From an uncultured Gemmatimonadaceae bacterium (GTDB lineage Bacteria > Gemmatimonadota > Gemmatimonadetes > Gemmatimonadales > Gemmatimonadaceae), in assembly GCA_963822945.1 (NCBI GenBank), contig CAWGJO010000017.1:12902-76901 (forward strand): DNA of 64,000 nt, read 5' to 3'. The position numbers were made by a program, and so were the translations under genes. The notes beneath the pieces are model-generated. The model saw only the letters and a program-made list of their open reading frames with translations, was not told where the DNA came from and did no database searches. Below, piece by piece: positions 36,234 to 48,572 of the stretch (position 1 is the stretch's first letter; the number at the start of each line of letters is the position of its first letter).

Positions 36234-37475
36234 ATGCCACATCCCCGATTTTCGTACCGTCTGGCGCTCGCGTTCGCCGTCGCGACGGCCGCACCGTTCG
36301 CGGCCGCGGCCCAGGGTCCGTACGCGGGGCGCCCAGCCACCGCGCGCCCCGCAACGCTCGCCCGCGCACTCCACGACACGCTGCGTGAAGTGCTCGATGC
36401 CGCCGTTCGCGAGCATGCGTTCCCGGGCGCGTACGCCGTGATCGGCGACCATGCGGGCATTCTGGCGAGCTACGGGGCCGGTCACCTCGACTGGGCCCCG
36501 TCACCCCGCCCCGACGCCCATACCATCTGGGACCTGGCATCGCTGACCAAAGTCATCGGCATGACCTCGGCGATGATGCAGCTGGTCGAGGAGGGCCGCG
36601 TCTCGCTGGACGCCCCGGTACAGCGCTACCTCCCGGAGTGGACCGGCCCGCACAAAGCCGACGTCACCGTGCGCGACCTGCTCACCCACACATCGGGGCT
36701 CCCGGCGTTCCGGGCGTACGACCGGATCACGACCAACGCCGACAGCATCGCCAAGTTGATGATGGCCGAGCCGCTGGAAGCGTTGCCCGGTACGCGCTAC
36801 GTGTACAGCGACATCGGCGCGTATCTGGCCGGGAAGATCGTCGAGCGGGTCAGTGGGCAGCGTCTCGACCACTACCTGGCCGACCACGTCTTCGGGCCGC
36901 TGGGTATGCATGAAACGATGTACAATCCGCCCGCCTCACTACGGCCGCGTATCGCACCCACCGAGGTGGATCCTCGGCGGGGCGGCAAGCTGCGGGGGCG
37001 GGTGCACGACGAGCGGGCGTACTACCTGGGTGGCATCTCGGCGCACGCGGGCTTGTTCAGCAGCGGCCACGATCTGGCCAGGTTCGCCGAGATGTACCTG
37101 AATGGCGGAGCGCTCGGATCGGTGCGGTTGTTCCGGCCGCAAACGGTCATCGAGTTCACGACGCTCCAGGATACATCCCTCTCCGACCGCGCCATCGGGT
37201 GGGAGAAGCCCGACGGCACCAACTCCGCCGGCCACCTGATGTCGCCGTCGGCGTTCGGGCACACGGGGTTCACCGGCACGTCCATCTGGATCGACCCCGC
37301 GCGGGACCTGTTCATCGTGCTCCTGACCAATCGCGTGGACCCGACCAGGAACAACCACAAGATCGGCGGGGTTCGTATCGCACTGGCCGACGCCCTGGGT
37401 GGGGTGGTGGCCCGTGGAGGGGCGCCGGTCGCGGCGGGCTCGGGAAGCGTCCCCGGCGCCCAGCGCCGGAAATGA
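36234..37475 (+). CDS. Secreted serine hydrolase, beta-lactamase/PBP-like family (AmiE-like)
   Basis: Signal peptide; LASLTK (SxxK), LLTHTSG, YSD, GHTGFTGTSIWIDP. Confidence 0.88.
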   Translation: MPHPRFSYRLALAFAVATAAPFAAAAQGPYAGRPATARPATLARALHDTLREVLDAAVREHAFPGAYAVIGDHAGILASYGAGHLDWAPSPRPDAHTIWDLASLTKVIGMTSAMMQLVEEGRVSLDAPVQRYLPEWTGPHKADVTVRDLLTHTSGLPAFRAYDRITTNADSIAKLMMAEPLEALPGTRYVYSDIGAYLAGKIVERVSGQRLDHYLADHVFGPLGMHETMYNPPASLRPRIAPTEVDPRRGGKLRGRVHDERAYYLGGISAHAGLFSSGHDLARFAEMYLNGGALGSVRLFRPQTVIEFTTLQDTSLSDRAIGWEKPDGTNSAGHLMSPSAFGHTGFTGTSIWIDPARDLFIVLLTNRVDPTRNNHKIGGVRIALADALGGVVARGGAPVAAGSGSVPGAQRRK

Positions 37476-37494
37476 CCCGGGGCGGAACGCGTGC

Positions 37495-37522
37495 TTGAAG
37501 CACCGGACCGGAACGCTATATT
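37495..37522 (+). promoter_or_regulatory. Possible sigma70 promoter upstream of the iscA-like gene
   Basis: TTGAAG-16 nt-TATATT. Confidence 0.45.
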
Positions 37523-37575
37523 TCGCCCGTGTGCATGAGCGGGAGTACAAGCCGCTCAACGACTTGGAGGATTTG

Positions 37576-37932
37576 ATGAGCATCAGTCAACAGCCGGAAG
37601 TCATGGTGACCGTCACGGACGTCGCCGGCGCCGAAGTCAAGAAGTTCATGGACCAGGAAGGCGTGGATCCCGCAGTCGGCGGGTTGCGCGTGAGCGTGCA
37701 ACCGGGTGGGTGCAGCGGATTCAAGTACGGCCTGCTCATCGAGGATGCCGCGGCCGACGACGATTTCGTGGTCGATCAGGGTGGATGGCGCGTCCTGGTG
37801 GACCCCTTCTCGGCGCAGTACCTGAACGGCGTCACGATCGATTACGTGTCGTCGATGCAGGGTTCGGGATTCACGTTCAAGAATCCGAACGCGACGGGCG
37901 GATGCGGGTGCGGTAGCTCCTTCACCGCTTGA
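37576..37932 (+). CDS. A-type Fe-S cluster carrier (HesB/IscA/ErpA family)
   Basis: GGAGG RBS; GLRVSVQPGGCSGFKY, NPNATGGCGCGSSF. Confidence 0.95.
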   Translation: MSISQQPEVMVTVTDVAGAEVKKFMDQEGVDPAVGGLRVSVQPGGCSGFKYGLLIEDAAADDDFVVDQGGWRVLVDPFSAQYLNGVTIDYVSSMQGSGFTFKNPNATGGCGCGSSFTA

Positions 37933-39455
37933 GTAGCGGCTTCACCGCTCTCGACGCCGTCGTCCTCGTCGCCTACCTGGCGGGGACGACGGCGTTTGGC
38001 GTCTGGCTCGGGCGCCGGCAGAAAGATGCGCGCGACTACTTCGTGGCCGGCCGGAACATTCCCTGGCCGGCCGTCATGTTTTCGGTGGTCGCCACCGAAA
38101 CGAGCGCGCTGACCTTCATCAGCATCCCGGGGCTGGCCTACATCGGCAACCTCGGCTTTCTGCAGGTGGTGGCCGGCTACCTGCTCGGCCGCATCGTGCT
38201 CGCCTACACGCTTCTGCCCCGCTACTACCAGGGCGAGATCGTGACCGCGTATGCGATGCTCGAGCGCCGCTTCGGCCTGGCCACGCGGCGGTTCACGTCG
38301 ATCGTGTTCATGGGCACCCGGGTGCTCGCCGACTCGGTGCGCATCTTCGCGACCGCCATTCCCGTGGCGCTGATCCTGGCCGGGACGGGGGCCGTCTCGT
38401 CGCGCCACACGATGCAGGCGGGGATTCTCATCCTCGGGCTCCTGACCGTGGTCTACACGTACAAGGGCGGTATGCGCGCCGTGGTCTGGACGGAACTGAT
38501 CCAGGCGGGGATCTACATCTTCGGCGGCCTGGTGGCCGTGGTGCTGCTCGGGCGCTCGGCGCCCGGCGGGTGGGGCGCCATTCTCCATTCGGCGCACGCC
38601 GCGGGCAAGCTGCAGGTGATCGACTGGTACACGGGTTTCGACCGCCCGTTCACCGTGCTCGCCGGCCTGCTCGGGGGCGCCTTCCTCTCCATGGCCTCGC
38701 ACGGTGCCGATCAGCTCATCGTGCAGCGGCTGCTGTCGAGCCGCTCGCTGCGCGACGCACAGAAGGCCGTGATCGGCAGCGGCGTCGCCGTCCTCGCGCA
38801 GATGGCCCTCTTCCTGATCATCGGGATCGGGTTGTGGGCGCATTTCGCCGGCCGGACGTTCGCCTCACCCGACAACGTCTTCCCGACCTTCATTCTCGAA
38901 GCGATGCCGAGTGGCCTGCTCGGTCTCGTGATCGCGGCGATCATCGCGGCCACGATGAGCACCCTGTCGGGCACGATCAACGCGCTGGCTGCCTCGGCCA
39001 CCCACGACATCTACCTGCCGCTCACGGGGCGCTCGGCGGACGACCCACGCACGCTGCTGGTGGGCAAGCGGTTGGCGCTCTTCTGGGGCCTGGCGCTCAC
39101 GCTCGGGGCCCTGCTCTACCGCCAGCAGGGCACGCCGGTGGTGGTGATCGCGCTGTCCATTGCGTCGTTCACGTACGGCGGCCTGCTGGGCGGATTTTCG
39201 CTGGCGCTGTTCGTGCGCCGGGCCCGCCAGCGCGACGCCATACTCGGGATGTCGGTCGGGATTGCCGCGATGGCGATCGTGGTATTCGCAAAACAGCTCG
39301 CGACCGCCTATCCTTCGCTCGCCGCGACCCTCGGCCCGTTGGGCCGGATTGCGTGGCCCTGGTACGTGCTGATCGGCACGACCCTCACCCTTCTCACCGG
39401 AACCCTGTCGTCGTTCGCGCGCCGTGAGCGCCCGAACGACGCACTCGCGACATGA
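37929..39455 (+). CDS. Sodium:solute symporter
   Basis: DYFVAGR, SVVATETSALTF, GGMRAVVWT, DQLIVQRLLS, AATMSTLSG; many TM helices. Confidence 0.9.
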   Translation: MSSGFTALDAVVLVAYLAGTTAFGVWLGRRQKDARDYFVAGRNIPWPAVMFSVVATETSALTFISIPGLAYIGNLGFLQVVAGYLLGRIVLAYTLLPRYYQGEIVTAYAMLERRFGLATRRFTSIVFMGTRVLADSVRIFATAIPVALILAGTGAVSSRHTMQAGILILGLLTVVYTYKGGMRAVVWTELIQAGIYIFGGLVAVVLLGRSAPGGWGAILHSAHAAGKLQVIDWYTGFDRPFTVLAGLLGGAFLSMASHGADQLIVQRLLSSRSLRDAQKAVIGSGVAVLAQMALFLIIGIGLWAHFAGRTFASPDNVFPTFILEAMPSGLLGLVIAAIIAATMSTLSGTINALAASATHDIYLPLTGRSADDPRTLLVGKRLALFWGLALTLGALLYRQQGTPVVVIALSIASFTYGGLLGGFSLALFVRRARQRDAILGMSVGIAAMAIVVFAKQLATAYPSLAATLGPLGRIAWPWYVLIGTTLTLLTGTLSSFARRERPNDALAT

Positions 39456-40378
39456 CGGCATTCGTAATCGGCATCGACGGCGGCGGCACCAAGACCACGG
39501 CGCTCGTGGCGGACGATCAGGGCAAACCTATCGGCGAGGCCACCGGCGCCCCGAGCGCGGTACGCCCCGACGGGATCGACGAGAGCGCTTCGATCATCGA
39601 AGCCACGGCCCGGGCGGCACTGAGCCAGGCGGGAATCGACGAGCCGCCACGCGTGATCTGCGTGGGCGTGGCCGGGGTCGGCCGAGAGTCGCTGCGGCTC
39701 GAGTTGTGGGAAGCGCTGAACAGCCGCGATCTCGCCGAAGAAGTCGTCGTGCACACCGACTACTCGATCGCCTTCGACGACGCCTTCGGCCAGGGAACCG
39801 GCATTCTGCTGCTCGCCGGCACCGGATCGGTGGCCGTGGGGCGCGGTCCCACGGGCGCCATGGCCCGGTGCGGCGGGTGGGGCCCGGTGTTCGGGGACGA
39901 GGGCGGCGGCGCGTGGATCGGGCGTCGCGCGCTCTCCATCGTGGCCGCTGCCGCGGATGGGCGCGAACCCGAGACGGCGCTCACCGGCGCGGTGCTCACG
40001 GCCACGGAGGCCAGCGAGGTGGCCGACCTGATCGCGTGGGCGGCCGACGCCACGCCGAGCGACCTGGCGACGCTGGCGCCCGTGGTGCTGCAGGTGGCGG
40101 CTGCCGGAGATCTGCGCGCGAACTCCCTGCTCGACCTGGCCACCGAGGAGTTGACCCTGCACGTTCGCGCGCTTGCGCGGCAACTGTTCACCGACGAACG
40201 CGCGGCGATTGCCATGGCGCTCAGCGGCGGGCTGCTGGCCCGCGGAGGCGCACTGCGGAAGCGCGTCACGCAACGGCTCAAGCACGCCGTACCCGGCGCG
40301 CAGCTGGCCAGTGAAGACGTGGTGCCGGCGCGCGGAGCGGTTCGGGCGGCCCTGCACTTCCTGGGCGATACGATCTGA
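39452..40378 (+). CDS. BadF/BadG-type amino-sugar kinase (GlcNAc/MurNAc kinase-like)
   Basis: GIDGGGTKT, LAGTGSVA, GGWGPVFGDEGGGAWIG. Confidence 0.85.
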   Translation: MTAFVIGIDGGGTKTTALVADDQGKPIGEATGAPSAVRPDGIDESASIIEATARAALSQAGIDEPPRVICVGVAGVGRESLRLELWEALNSRDLAEEVVVHTDYSIAFDDAFGQGTGILLLAGTGSVAVGRGPTGAMARCGGWGPVFGDEGGGAWIGRRALSIVAAAADGREPETALTGAVLTATEASEVADLIAWAADATPSDLATLAPVVLQVAAAGDLRANSLLDLATEELTLHVRALARQLFTDERAAIAMALSGGLLARGGALRKRVTQRLKHAVPGAQLASEDVVPARGAVRAALHFLGDTI

Positions 40379-40415
40379 CGACGATGCGCGCGGCGGCGCC
40401 GCGCGCCGACGGGTC

Positions 40416-41711
40416 TTAGGCGGCCGCCGAGCCGGCGTCAGCCGGCGCCAACTCGCCCTCGATCTGCGCCATGACGACCGACGCCAGGCAGTTGCCGAGG
40501 ACGTTGATCGACGTGCGGGCCATGTCCATGAACGCGTCGATGCCGAGCAGGATCGCGACGCCGTCCAGGGGGAGGTTGAACTGCGTGAGCGCCCCGGAGA
40601 GGATCACGAGCGCGGCGCGCGGTACACCGGCCACGCCCTTGCTGGTCAGCATGAGCGTCAGCATCATGACGATCTGCGTCCCCAGCGGCATGTGCATCCC
40701 CGCCGCCTGCGCCACGAACACCGAGGCGAGCGCCAGATAGAGCGTCGTCCCGTCGAGGTTGAACGAGTACCCCGTGGGGATGACGAACGCGACGATGCGG
40801 CGCGGCACGCCCATCTCCTCCATCCGTTCCATGGCCAGTGGAAGGGCGGCCTCCGACGACGCGGTCGTGAAGGCGATGAGCCAGGGTTCCTTGATCGCCG
40901 AGATGAAGCGGCGGATCGGCACCTTGAAGGTCACGGCCACGGGCAGCAGCACGGCCAGCACGAAGATCACCAGCGCCCCGTACAGCGAGAGCACGAGCAC
41001 CGCGAGCCGGCGCAGAACGTCCATGCCGCTGGTGCCCACCGTGACGGCGATCGCCGCGCCGATGCCGATGGGGGCGAACCACATCACGATGCCGGTGAAC
41101 TTGAACATGATCTGCGAGAGCCCCTCGCAGAACGACAGCATCGTCTCCTTGCCCCGGCCTCCGGGCACCTGTGAGAGCGCCACGGCGAAGATGATGGCGA
41201 AGAAGACGATCTGCAGCACTTCGTTGTTGGCGGCCGCTTCGAAGAAGCTCTGCGGGATCGTATGCATCATCACGCCGCTGAACGTCGCGTGCGTGGTCGC
41301 CAGCCCGGCGGTCTGGGCCGCCGTCGCGCTGCCCAGGTCGACCCCGACCCCGGGCTTCACCAGGTTGACCACGGCGAGCCCCACCACGAGGGCGAGCGTG
41401 GTGATCACTTCGAAGTAGATGATCGCGCGGAGGGCGAGCTTGCCCACGCGCTTCATGTCGTCGCCATGGCCGGCGATTCCCACCACCAGCGTGCCGAAGA
41501 TCAGGGGCACGATCAGCGACTTGATCATGCGCAGGAACAGCGTGGCCCAGATCTTCAGATCCGGGGCGGCCCACCCATGCTGGGCGCGGGCGCTCTCGGG
41601 GAACGCCCAGCCGACGAAGATCCCGACCACCATCGAGATGATGATCCACTGCGACAGACTGATGCGCCGCAGGAATCCGCGGCGCGGCGGCGGTGACGGC
41701 GGCGCCGTCAC
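40416..41711 (-). CDS. Dicarboxylate/amino acid:cation symporter (GltP/DctA family)
   Basis: FLRMIKSLIVPLIF, AFTTASSEAALP, PTGYSFNLDGT, SKGVAGVP, DMARTSINVLGN. Confidence 0.93.
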   Translation of the reverse strand: MTAPPSPPPRRGFLRRISLSQWIIISMVVGIFVGWAFPESARAQHGWAAPDLKIWATLFLRMIKSLIVPLIFGTLVVGIAGHGDDMKRVGKLALRAIIYFEVITTLALVVGLAVVNLVKPGVGVDLGSATAAQTAGLATTHATFSGVMMHTIPQSFFEAAANNEVLQIVFFAIIFAVALSQVPGGRGKETMLSFCEGLSQIMFKFTGIVMWFAPIGIGAAIAVTVGTSGMDVLRRLAVLVLSLYGALVIFVLAVLLPVAVTFKVPIRRFISAIKEPWLIAFTTASSEAALPLAMERMEEMGVPRRIVAFVIPTGYSFNLDGTTLYLALASVFVAQAAGMHMPLGTQIVMMLTLMLTSKGVAGVPRAALVILSGALTQFNLPLDGVAILLGIDAFMDMARTSINVLGNCLASVVMAQIEGELAPADAGSAAA

Positions 41712-43264
41712 GCCGCTTCTTTCCGGTCCGCCGCCCGCTGGCGGAGTGTGGAGTGCGTGTAGCCGTAGGTGAAGTACAGCACCAGGCCGATGATCAGCCA
41801 GATGACGAAGCGGATCCAGGTGACCGTGGGCAGCTGCCACATCAGGTAGAAGCACGCCGCGATCGAGATGAGCGGGGTGAGCGGCACCCAGGGCACACGG
41901 AAGGGACGTGGACGGTCGGGCTCGATGCGCCGCAGGAAGATCACGCCGGCCGAGACGAGCACGAACGCGAACAGCGTGCCGATGTTGGTGAGGTCCACCA
42001 CCTCGGCGATGTTGGCGAAGGCGGCGAAGGTGGCCACGAAGATGCCGGTGAGGATGGTGCCCACGTACGGCGTCTTGTACTTGGGGTGCACCTTGGCCAG
42101 CACCGGCGGGAGCAGCCCGTCGCGCGACATGGAAAAGAAGATGCGCGGCTGACCGAGTTGGAACACGAGGAGCACGCTCCCCATGGCGATCACGGCGCCG
42201 AGCGAGACGATGAAGCGCGACGCATTGATGAGCCCCGACGGCCCCTCGGCGAACCGGAGCGCGGTGATCATCGGTTCGGCGGTCCCGAGACTCTTCCACG
42301 GCGCCATGCCCGTCATCACGATCGAGATCGCGATGTAGAGCACGGTGCAGATGATGAGGCTCATGATGATGCCGAACGGCATGTCCTTGGGCGGGTCCTT
42401 GGTCTCTTCGGCAGCCGTGGACACGGCGTCGAAGCCGATGTAGCTGAAGAAGATGATCGCGGCGCCGGCGCTGATGCCCTTGATACCGTTGGGATTGAAG
42501 CCGCCGGTGTCGGGATTGGTCCAGTTGTGCGGGTGGATGAGGAACGCACCGACGGCGATGAAGAACAGGATGATGGCGACCTTGAGGACGACCATCGCAT
42601 TGTTCGTGTCGGCCGACTCCTTGATACCGATCACGAGAATGACCGTGATCAGGGCGACGACGGCCACCGCCGGCAGGTTGATGATGAGCGGGATGTGGCC
42701 GATGTGCGGCGCCCCCGTCCAGGCCGACGCCAGGTATTGCGTGGTCGCGTCGCCGGTGCCGCCGCCGGCGAGCAGCCGGAAGGCGTCGTGCGCGGACCGG
42801 TAATCCGTGCCCAGCCAAGCGGGGAGGCTCAGACCGAAGTGGCCGATCAACTCGCGGAAGTACCCCGCCCAGCCGATGGCCACGCCGATGTTCCCCACCG
42901 CGTATTCGATGATGAGATCCCACCCGATGATCCAGGCGACGAACTCGCCGATCGACGCGTAGGCGTAGGTGTACGCCGAGCCCGCCACCGGTACCATGGC
43001 GGCGAACTCGGCGTAGCAGAGCGCCGCGAACCCGCAGGCCACGGCGGTGAGCAGGAACGAGAAGATGATGGCCGGCCCGGCCCCGGGGCGTGCTGCATCG
43101 CCCACGATGGCCGTGCCGGTGGTCGCGAAGATGCCGGCGCCGATGGTCGCGCCGACGCCGAGCGCCGTGAGGTGCCACTTGCCGAGCGAGCGTTTGAGCC
43201 CGCCGTGCTCGGCGACATCGGCCTCGAAATCGGCGACCGACTTCCTCGCGAGCAGTCCCTTCAT
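41708..43264 (-). CDS. APC-family amino acid permease (cationic amino acid transporter-like)
   Basis: GATIGAGIF, CYAEFAAMVPVAGSAYTYAY, FFSYIGFDAVSTAAEETKDP, NIGTLFAF. Confidence 0.93.
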   Translation of the reverse strand: MKGLLARKSVADFEADVAEHGGLKRSLGKWHLTALGVGATIGAGIFATTGTAIVGDAARPGAGPAIIFSFLLTAVACGFAALCYAEFAAMVPVAGSAYTYAYASIGEFVAWIIGWDLIIEYAVGNIGVAIGWAGYFRELIGHFGLSLPAWLGTDYRSAHDAFRLLAGGGTGDATTQYLASAWTGAPHIGHIPLIINLPAVAVVALITVILVIGIKESADTNNAMVVLKVAIILFFIAVGAFLIHPHNWTNPDTGGFNPNGIKGISAGAAIIFFSYIGFDAVSTAAEETKDPPKDMPFGIIMSLIICTVLYIAISIVMTGMAPWKSLGTAEPMITALRFAEGPSGLINASRFIVSLGAVIAMGSVLLVFQLGQPRIFFSMSRDGLLPPVLAKVHPKYKTPYVGTILTGIFVATFAAFANIAEVVDLTNIGTLFAFVLVSAGVIFLRRIEPDRPRPFRVPWVPLTPLISIAACFYLMWQLPTVTWIRFVIWLIIGLVLYFTYGYTHSTLRQRAADRKEAA

Positions 43265-43304
43265 GCGGTGTCTTGCCTCCCGAACCGCGGGGAGACGGCG
43301 TGGG

Positions 43305-45821
<2,517 letters not shown>

Positions 45822-45934
45822 TCTCCAGGGTGACAGGCAGACGCCGGACGCGGCGAGATGCCGCACGGTCGTCGTTCGAATCGGACCCGACGTCCACACC
45901 CACGGACGACGGCCCCAACCACAGCGCGCCGCGG

Positions 45935-47449
45935 TCAAACCGAAGGTCGCTCCACCGCGCGCCAGAGGAAGTACACGGGAATGCCGATGGCCACGATCAC
46001 GAGGCCGGAAACAGCTTCGGTCCGTGAATGCGGCGACATCAGAATAAGAATCATAACCCCCGCCGCCATGGCGAGGTACACGGCCGGCACGAATGGATAC
46101 GCGATCACCCGATACGGGCGCTCGGCGTCCGGCCGCTTGCGTCGCAGAATGAACAACCCGGCGCTCGTCAGCACGTAGAACACCAGGTTGGCGAAGATCA
46201 CATAGTTGAGCAGTTGACCGTAGGTGCCACTGAGACAGAGGATGGCCGTCCACACCGACTGCAACACCAGCCCCACCGCCGGCACCCCCCGCTCGCTCAG
46301 GTTGCCGGCCGCCCGGAAGAACAGGCCGTCACGCGACATCGCGTAGTACACGCGCGCCCCGGCCAGGATGAGCCCGTTCATGCATCCGAAGGTCGAGATC
46401 AGGATGCCGATGGCCATCATCGTGCCGCCCGCCGCGCCGAACATCTGCTCCATGGCGGCGGTGCCCAGCCGATCCTGCGTCGCGTGCGTCAGCCCGCGGG
46501 CGAGGACCGTCGCCCCGTTGGGATCTCCGTGAAAGGGGAGCACGCTCAGGTACGATACGTTCGTCAGGAAGTACAGTCCCGTCACCAGCCCCGTACCCAT
46601 GATCAGCGCCAGGGGAAGGTTGCGCTGCGGATTCTTCACTTCGGCCGCCGCGAAGGTGACGTTGTTCCAGGCGTCGCTCGAGAACAGGGAGCCGACGAAC
46701 GCGGCGCCGAACGCCACGACCCAGGCTCCGTTGAGGTCCACGTGTCCCCAGAACTGGCCGTGGCCGAAGTTCGCCGCGATCGCCGTCGCGTTCCTCCCGA
46801 CCGTGAGCCCGAGCCCCATCAGGAGGATGAGCACGCCGGTCTTCACGATGGTCAGCGAGGTCTGCACGAACTTCCCCTCGCGCACGCCCCGCAGGTTGAT
46901 CCAGGTGAGGATGCCGATGGCCACGAGGGCGATGAGCCGCTGCGGCGAGAGGCCGAACTCGATGGCCTGGGACGGGTCGCTGCACCCCAGCCAGCCGACG
47001 CAGGCGGCGGTATGCGGGAACCAGCCGTAGAGCGCCGGCGAGATGCTGGGCGCCAGGACGCCCAGGAACTTGCCGAATGCCACGCCGACGGCGGCGATCG
47101 TGCCGGTCTGAATCACGGCAAACAGGGTCCATCCGTACAAAAAGCCCAACAACGGGCTGTAGGATTCGCGCAGGAAGATGTACTGGCCGCCGGCTCGGGG
47201 GAACATGGCCGCGAGTTCGCCCCAGGTGAGCGCCCCGAAGCATGTCATCACACCGGTGAGCAGCCAGGCCATGAGGAGCCAGCCCGGGGAACCCACCGAA
47301 CGCCCCATGTCCGCCGAGACGATGAAGATGCCGGAACCGATCATCGCCCCCGCCACGAGCATGGTGGCGTCGGTGAGGGTGATGGCCTTGATGAATCCGG
47401 TGTGTGGCTGTGCCGATGACTCGTCGGTCGGGGCGGTCACGTTCGACAT
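45935..47449 (-). CDS. APC-family amino acid permease (LAT/SteT-like)
   Basis: GAMIGSGIF, ELAAMFPRAGGQY, DAWNNVTFAAAEVKNPQRNLP, RVYYAMSRDGLF, RPYR. Confidence 0.92.
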   Translation of the reverse strand: MSNVTAPTDESSAQPHTGFIKAITLTDATMLVAGAMIGSGIFIVSADMGRSVGSPGWLLMAWLLTGVMTCFGALTWGELAAMFPRAGGQYIFLRESYSPLLGFLYGWTLFAVIQTGTIAAVGVAFGKFLGVLAPSISPALYGWFPHTAACVGWLGCSDPSQAIEFGLSPQRLIALVAIGILTWINLRGVREGKFVQTSLTIVKTGVLILLMGLGLTVGRNATAIAANFGHGQFWGHVDLNGAWVVAFGAAFVGSLFSSDAWNNVTFAAAEVKNPQRNLPLALIMGTGLVTGLYFLTNVSYLSVLPFHGDPNGATVLARGLTHATQDRLGTAAMEQMFGAAGGTMMAIGILISTFGCMNGLILAGARVYYAMSRDGLFFRAAGNLSERGVPAVGLVLQSVWTAILCLSGTYGQLLNYVIFANLVFYVLTSAGLFILRRKRPDAERPYRVIAYPFVPAVYLAMAAGVMILILMSPHSRTEAVSGLVIVAIGIPVYFLWRAVERPSV

Positions 47450-47613
47450 TCAGATCCCGGTTGGAGCTGGGAAGTCGGCCCGCAGAGGGGGCGCGCCGGA
47501 GGCGGGAAGCCGGCCAAAGATAATGCCTTGCGCGACGGGAACGTAAGAGGCAATTGGCAGCCGACGGGGGCCAGCCGTGACCGGTCAGAACCCGGGCCGC
47601 CGACGGCCAGCGG

Positions 47614-48489
47614 TCAGTAGAGATCGACCACGATCTGGGCCTTCATGTGGACCGGGACGCCATCCGGGGTCGTTCCGGGCCGGAACTTGAAGGAACGGAA
47701 GATCTCGCTCAAGCGGCGGTTGTAGCCGCGGTTCGGGGTCGGGGTGAAGTCCATGCTCAGTACCCGCCCCGTGGAGTCCACGTCGAATTCCGCCACGAGA
47801 TGGAATCCCTTCACGTTGTCCGGAATGGGATACGGCGGCAGAAAGACCTCGATGGGCTGCGGCGGGTAATTGGCCTGCATTCCCCCACCGGTGCCCGGCC
47901 CGTTCCCGGATCCGCGCCCCGTGCCGACCCCGGAGCCCACGCCCCCGCCGCGCCCCGGCCCGTTGCCGGCACTGCCATCGCGGCCCGAGCCGCCCCCCAC
48001 TCCGGCAATGACGGAGACATCGAGCGGCTTGAGCGCCGGTGCGGCGATCGTGGGAGTCGGCGTGACCGCATCGGGCACGACCTGGGGCTTGGGGAGCACG
48101 GGCGGCTTCACGGGAACCGGCTTGGGCGGGGGCGGCCGCACGGTGGCCGGCGCCGGTTTGGGGGCCGGCGCAACGGACACGAATTCGACGTGCTCGGTGG
48201 CGCGCCGCGTCTGGCCCCCGGTGCCTCCACGGCCCCCTCCGCCCCCACCAGCCGGCCCCGGCCCTCCCGCCCCCTGCGCCATCTCGTGGATGGGGTGGTG
48301 GACCATGAACGGCGTGATCAGGAGGTAGAGGATGAGCAGATGGACGATCAACGACACGACCGTGCCCAGGCGGCGGTTTTCGCGCCCCTTGGGAAGTCCC
48401 AGGGGCACGCGATAAGGCGGCCGGGCGGGACGTCGGGTCGGATCGAAGGTGGATGGCATCGGCATTGGCAGCACGCGGGCGCGGGGCAT
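47614..48489 (-). CDS. TonB-like protein (TM anchor, Gly/Pro-rich linker, TonB_C-like domain)
   Basis: SLIVHLL TM motif; Gly and Pro tracts; FDVDSTGRV...FKFRPG..DGVPV. Confidence 0.7.
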   Translation of the reverse strand: MPRARVLPMPMPSTFDPTRRPARPPYRVPLGLPKGRENRRLGTVVSLIVHLLILYLLITPFMVHHPIHEMAQGAGGPGPAGGGGGGRGGTGGQTRRATEHVEFVSVAPAPKPAPATVRPPPPKPVPVKPPVLPKPQVVPDAVTPTPTIAAPALKPLDVSVIAGVGGGSGRDGSAGNGPGRGGGVGSGVGTGRGSGNGPGTGGGMQANYPPQPIEVFLPPYPIPDNVKGFHLVAEFDVDSTGRVLSMDFTPTPNRGYNRRLSEIFRSFKFRPGTTPDGVPVHMKAQIVVDLY

Positions 48490-48505
48490 CGCCCCCTCCC
48501 GAAAA

Positions 48506-48551
48506 CGTAATACGACGGACGAGCCCCGAAGGGTTCGTCCGTCGTATTACG
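48506..48551 (-). terminator. 21-bp hairpin with cUUCGg loop followed by TTTT, after exbD
   Basis: Minus strand cgtaatacgacggacgaaccc-TTCG-gggctcgtccgtcgtattacg-tttt; one mismatch in the stem. Confidence 0.75.
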
Positions 48552-48572
48552 AATTGCCGTTCCTGCCGGAAA

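Noticed and set aside
36234..37475. Beta-lactam resistance gene
   Set aside because: YSD and GHTG motifs and the sugar-uptake context fit a non-resistance esterase/amidase of the same fold better than AmpC (YxN, KTG)
40416..43178. 920-aa ORF as a fused transporter
   Set aside because: The N-terminal half is an off-frame reading of the upstream permease; the real symporter begins near 41711
47870..48290. Gly- and Pro-rich low-complexity DNA as a repeat element
   Set aside because: Explained by the linker of the TonB-like protein
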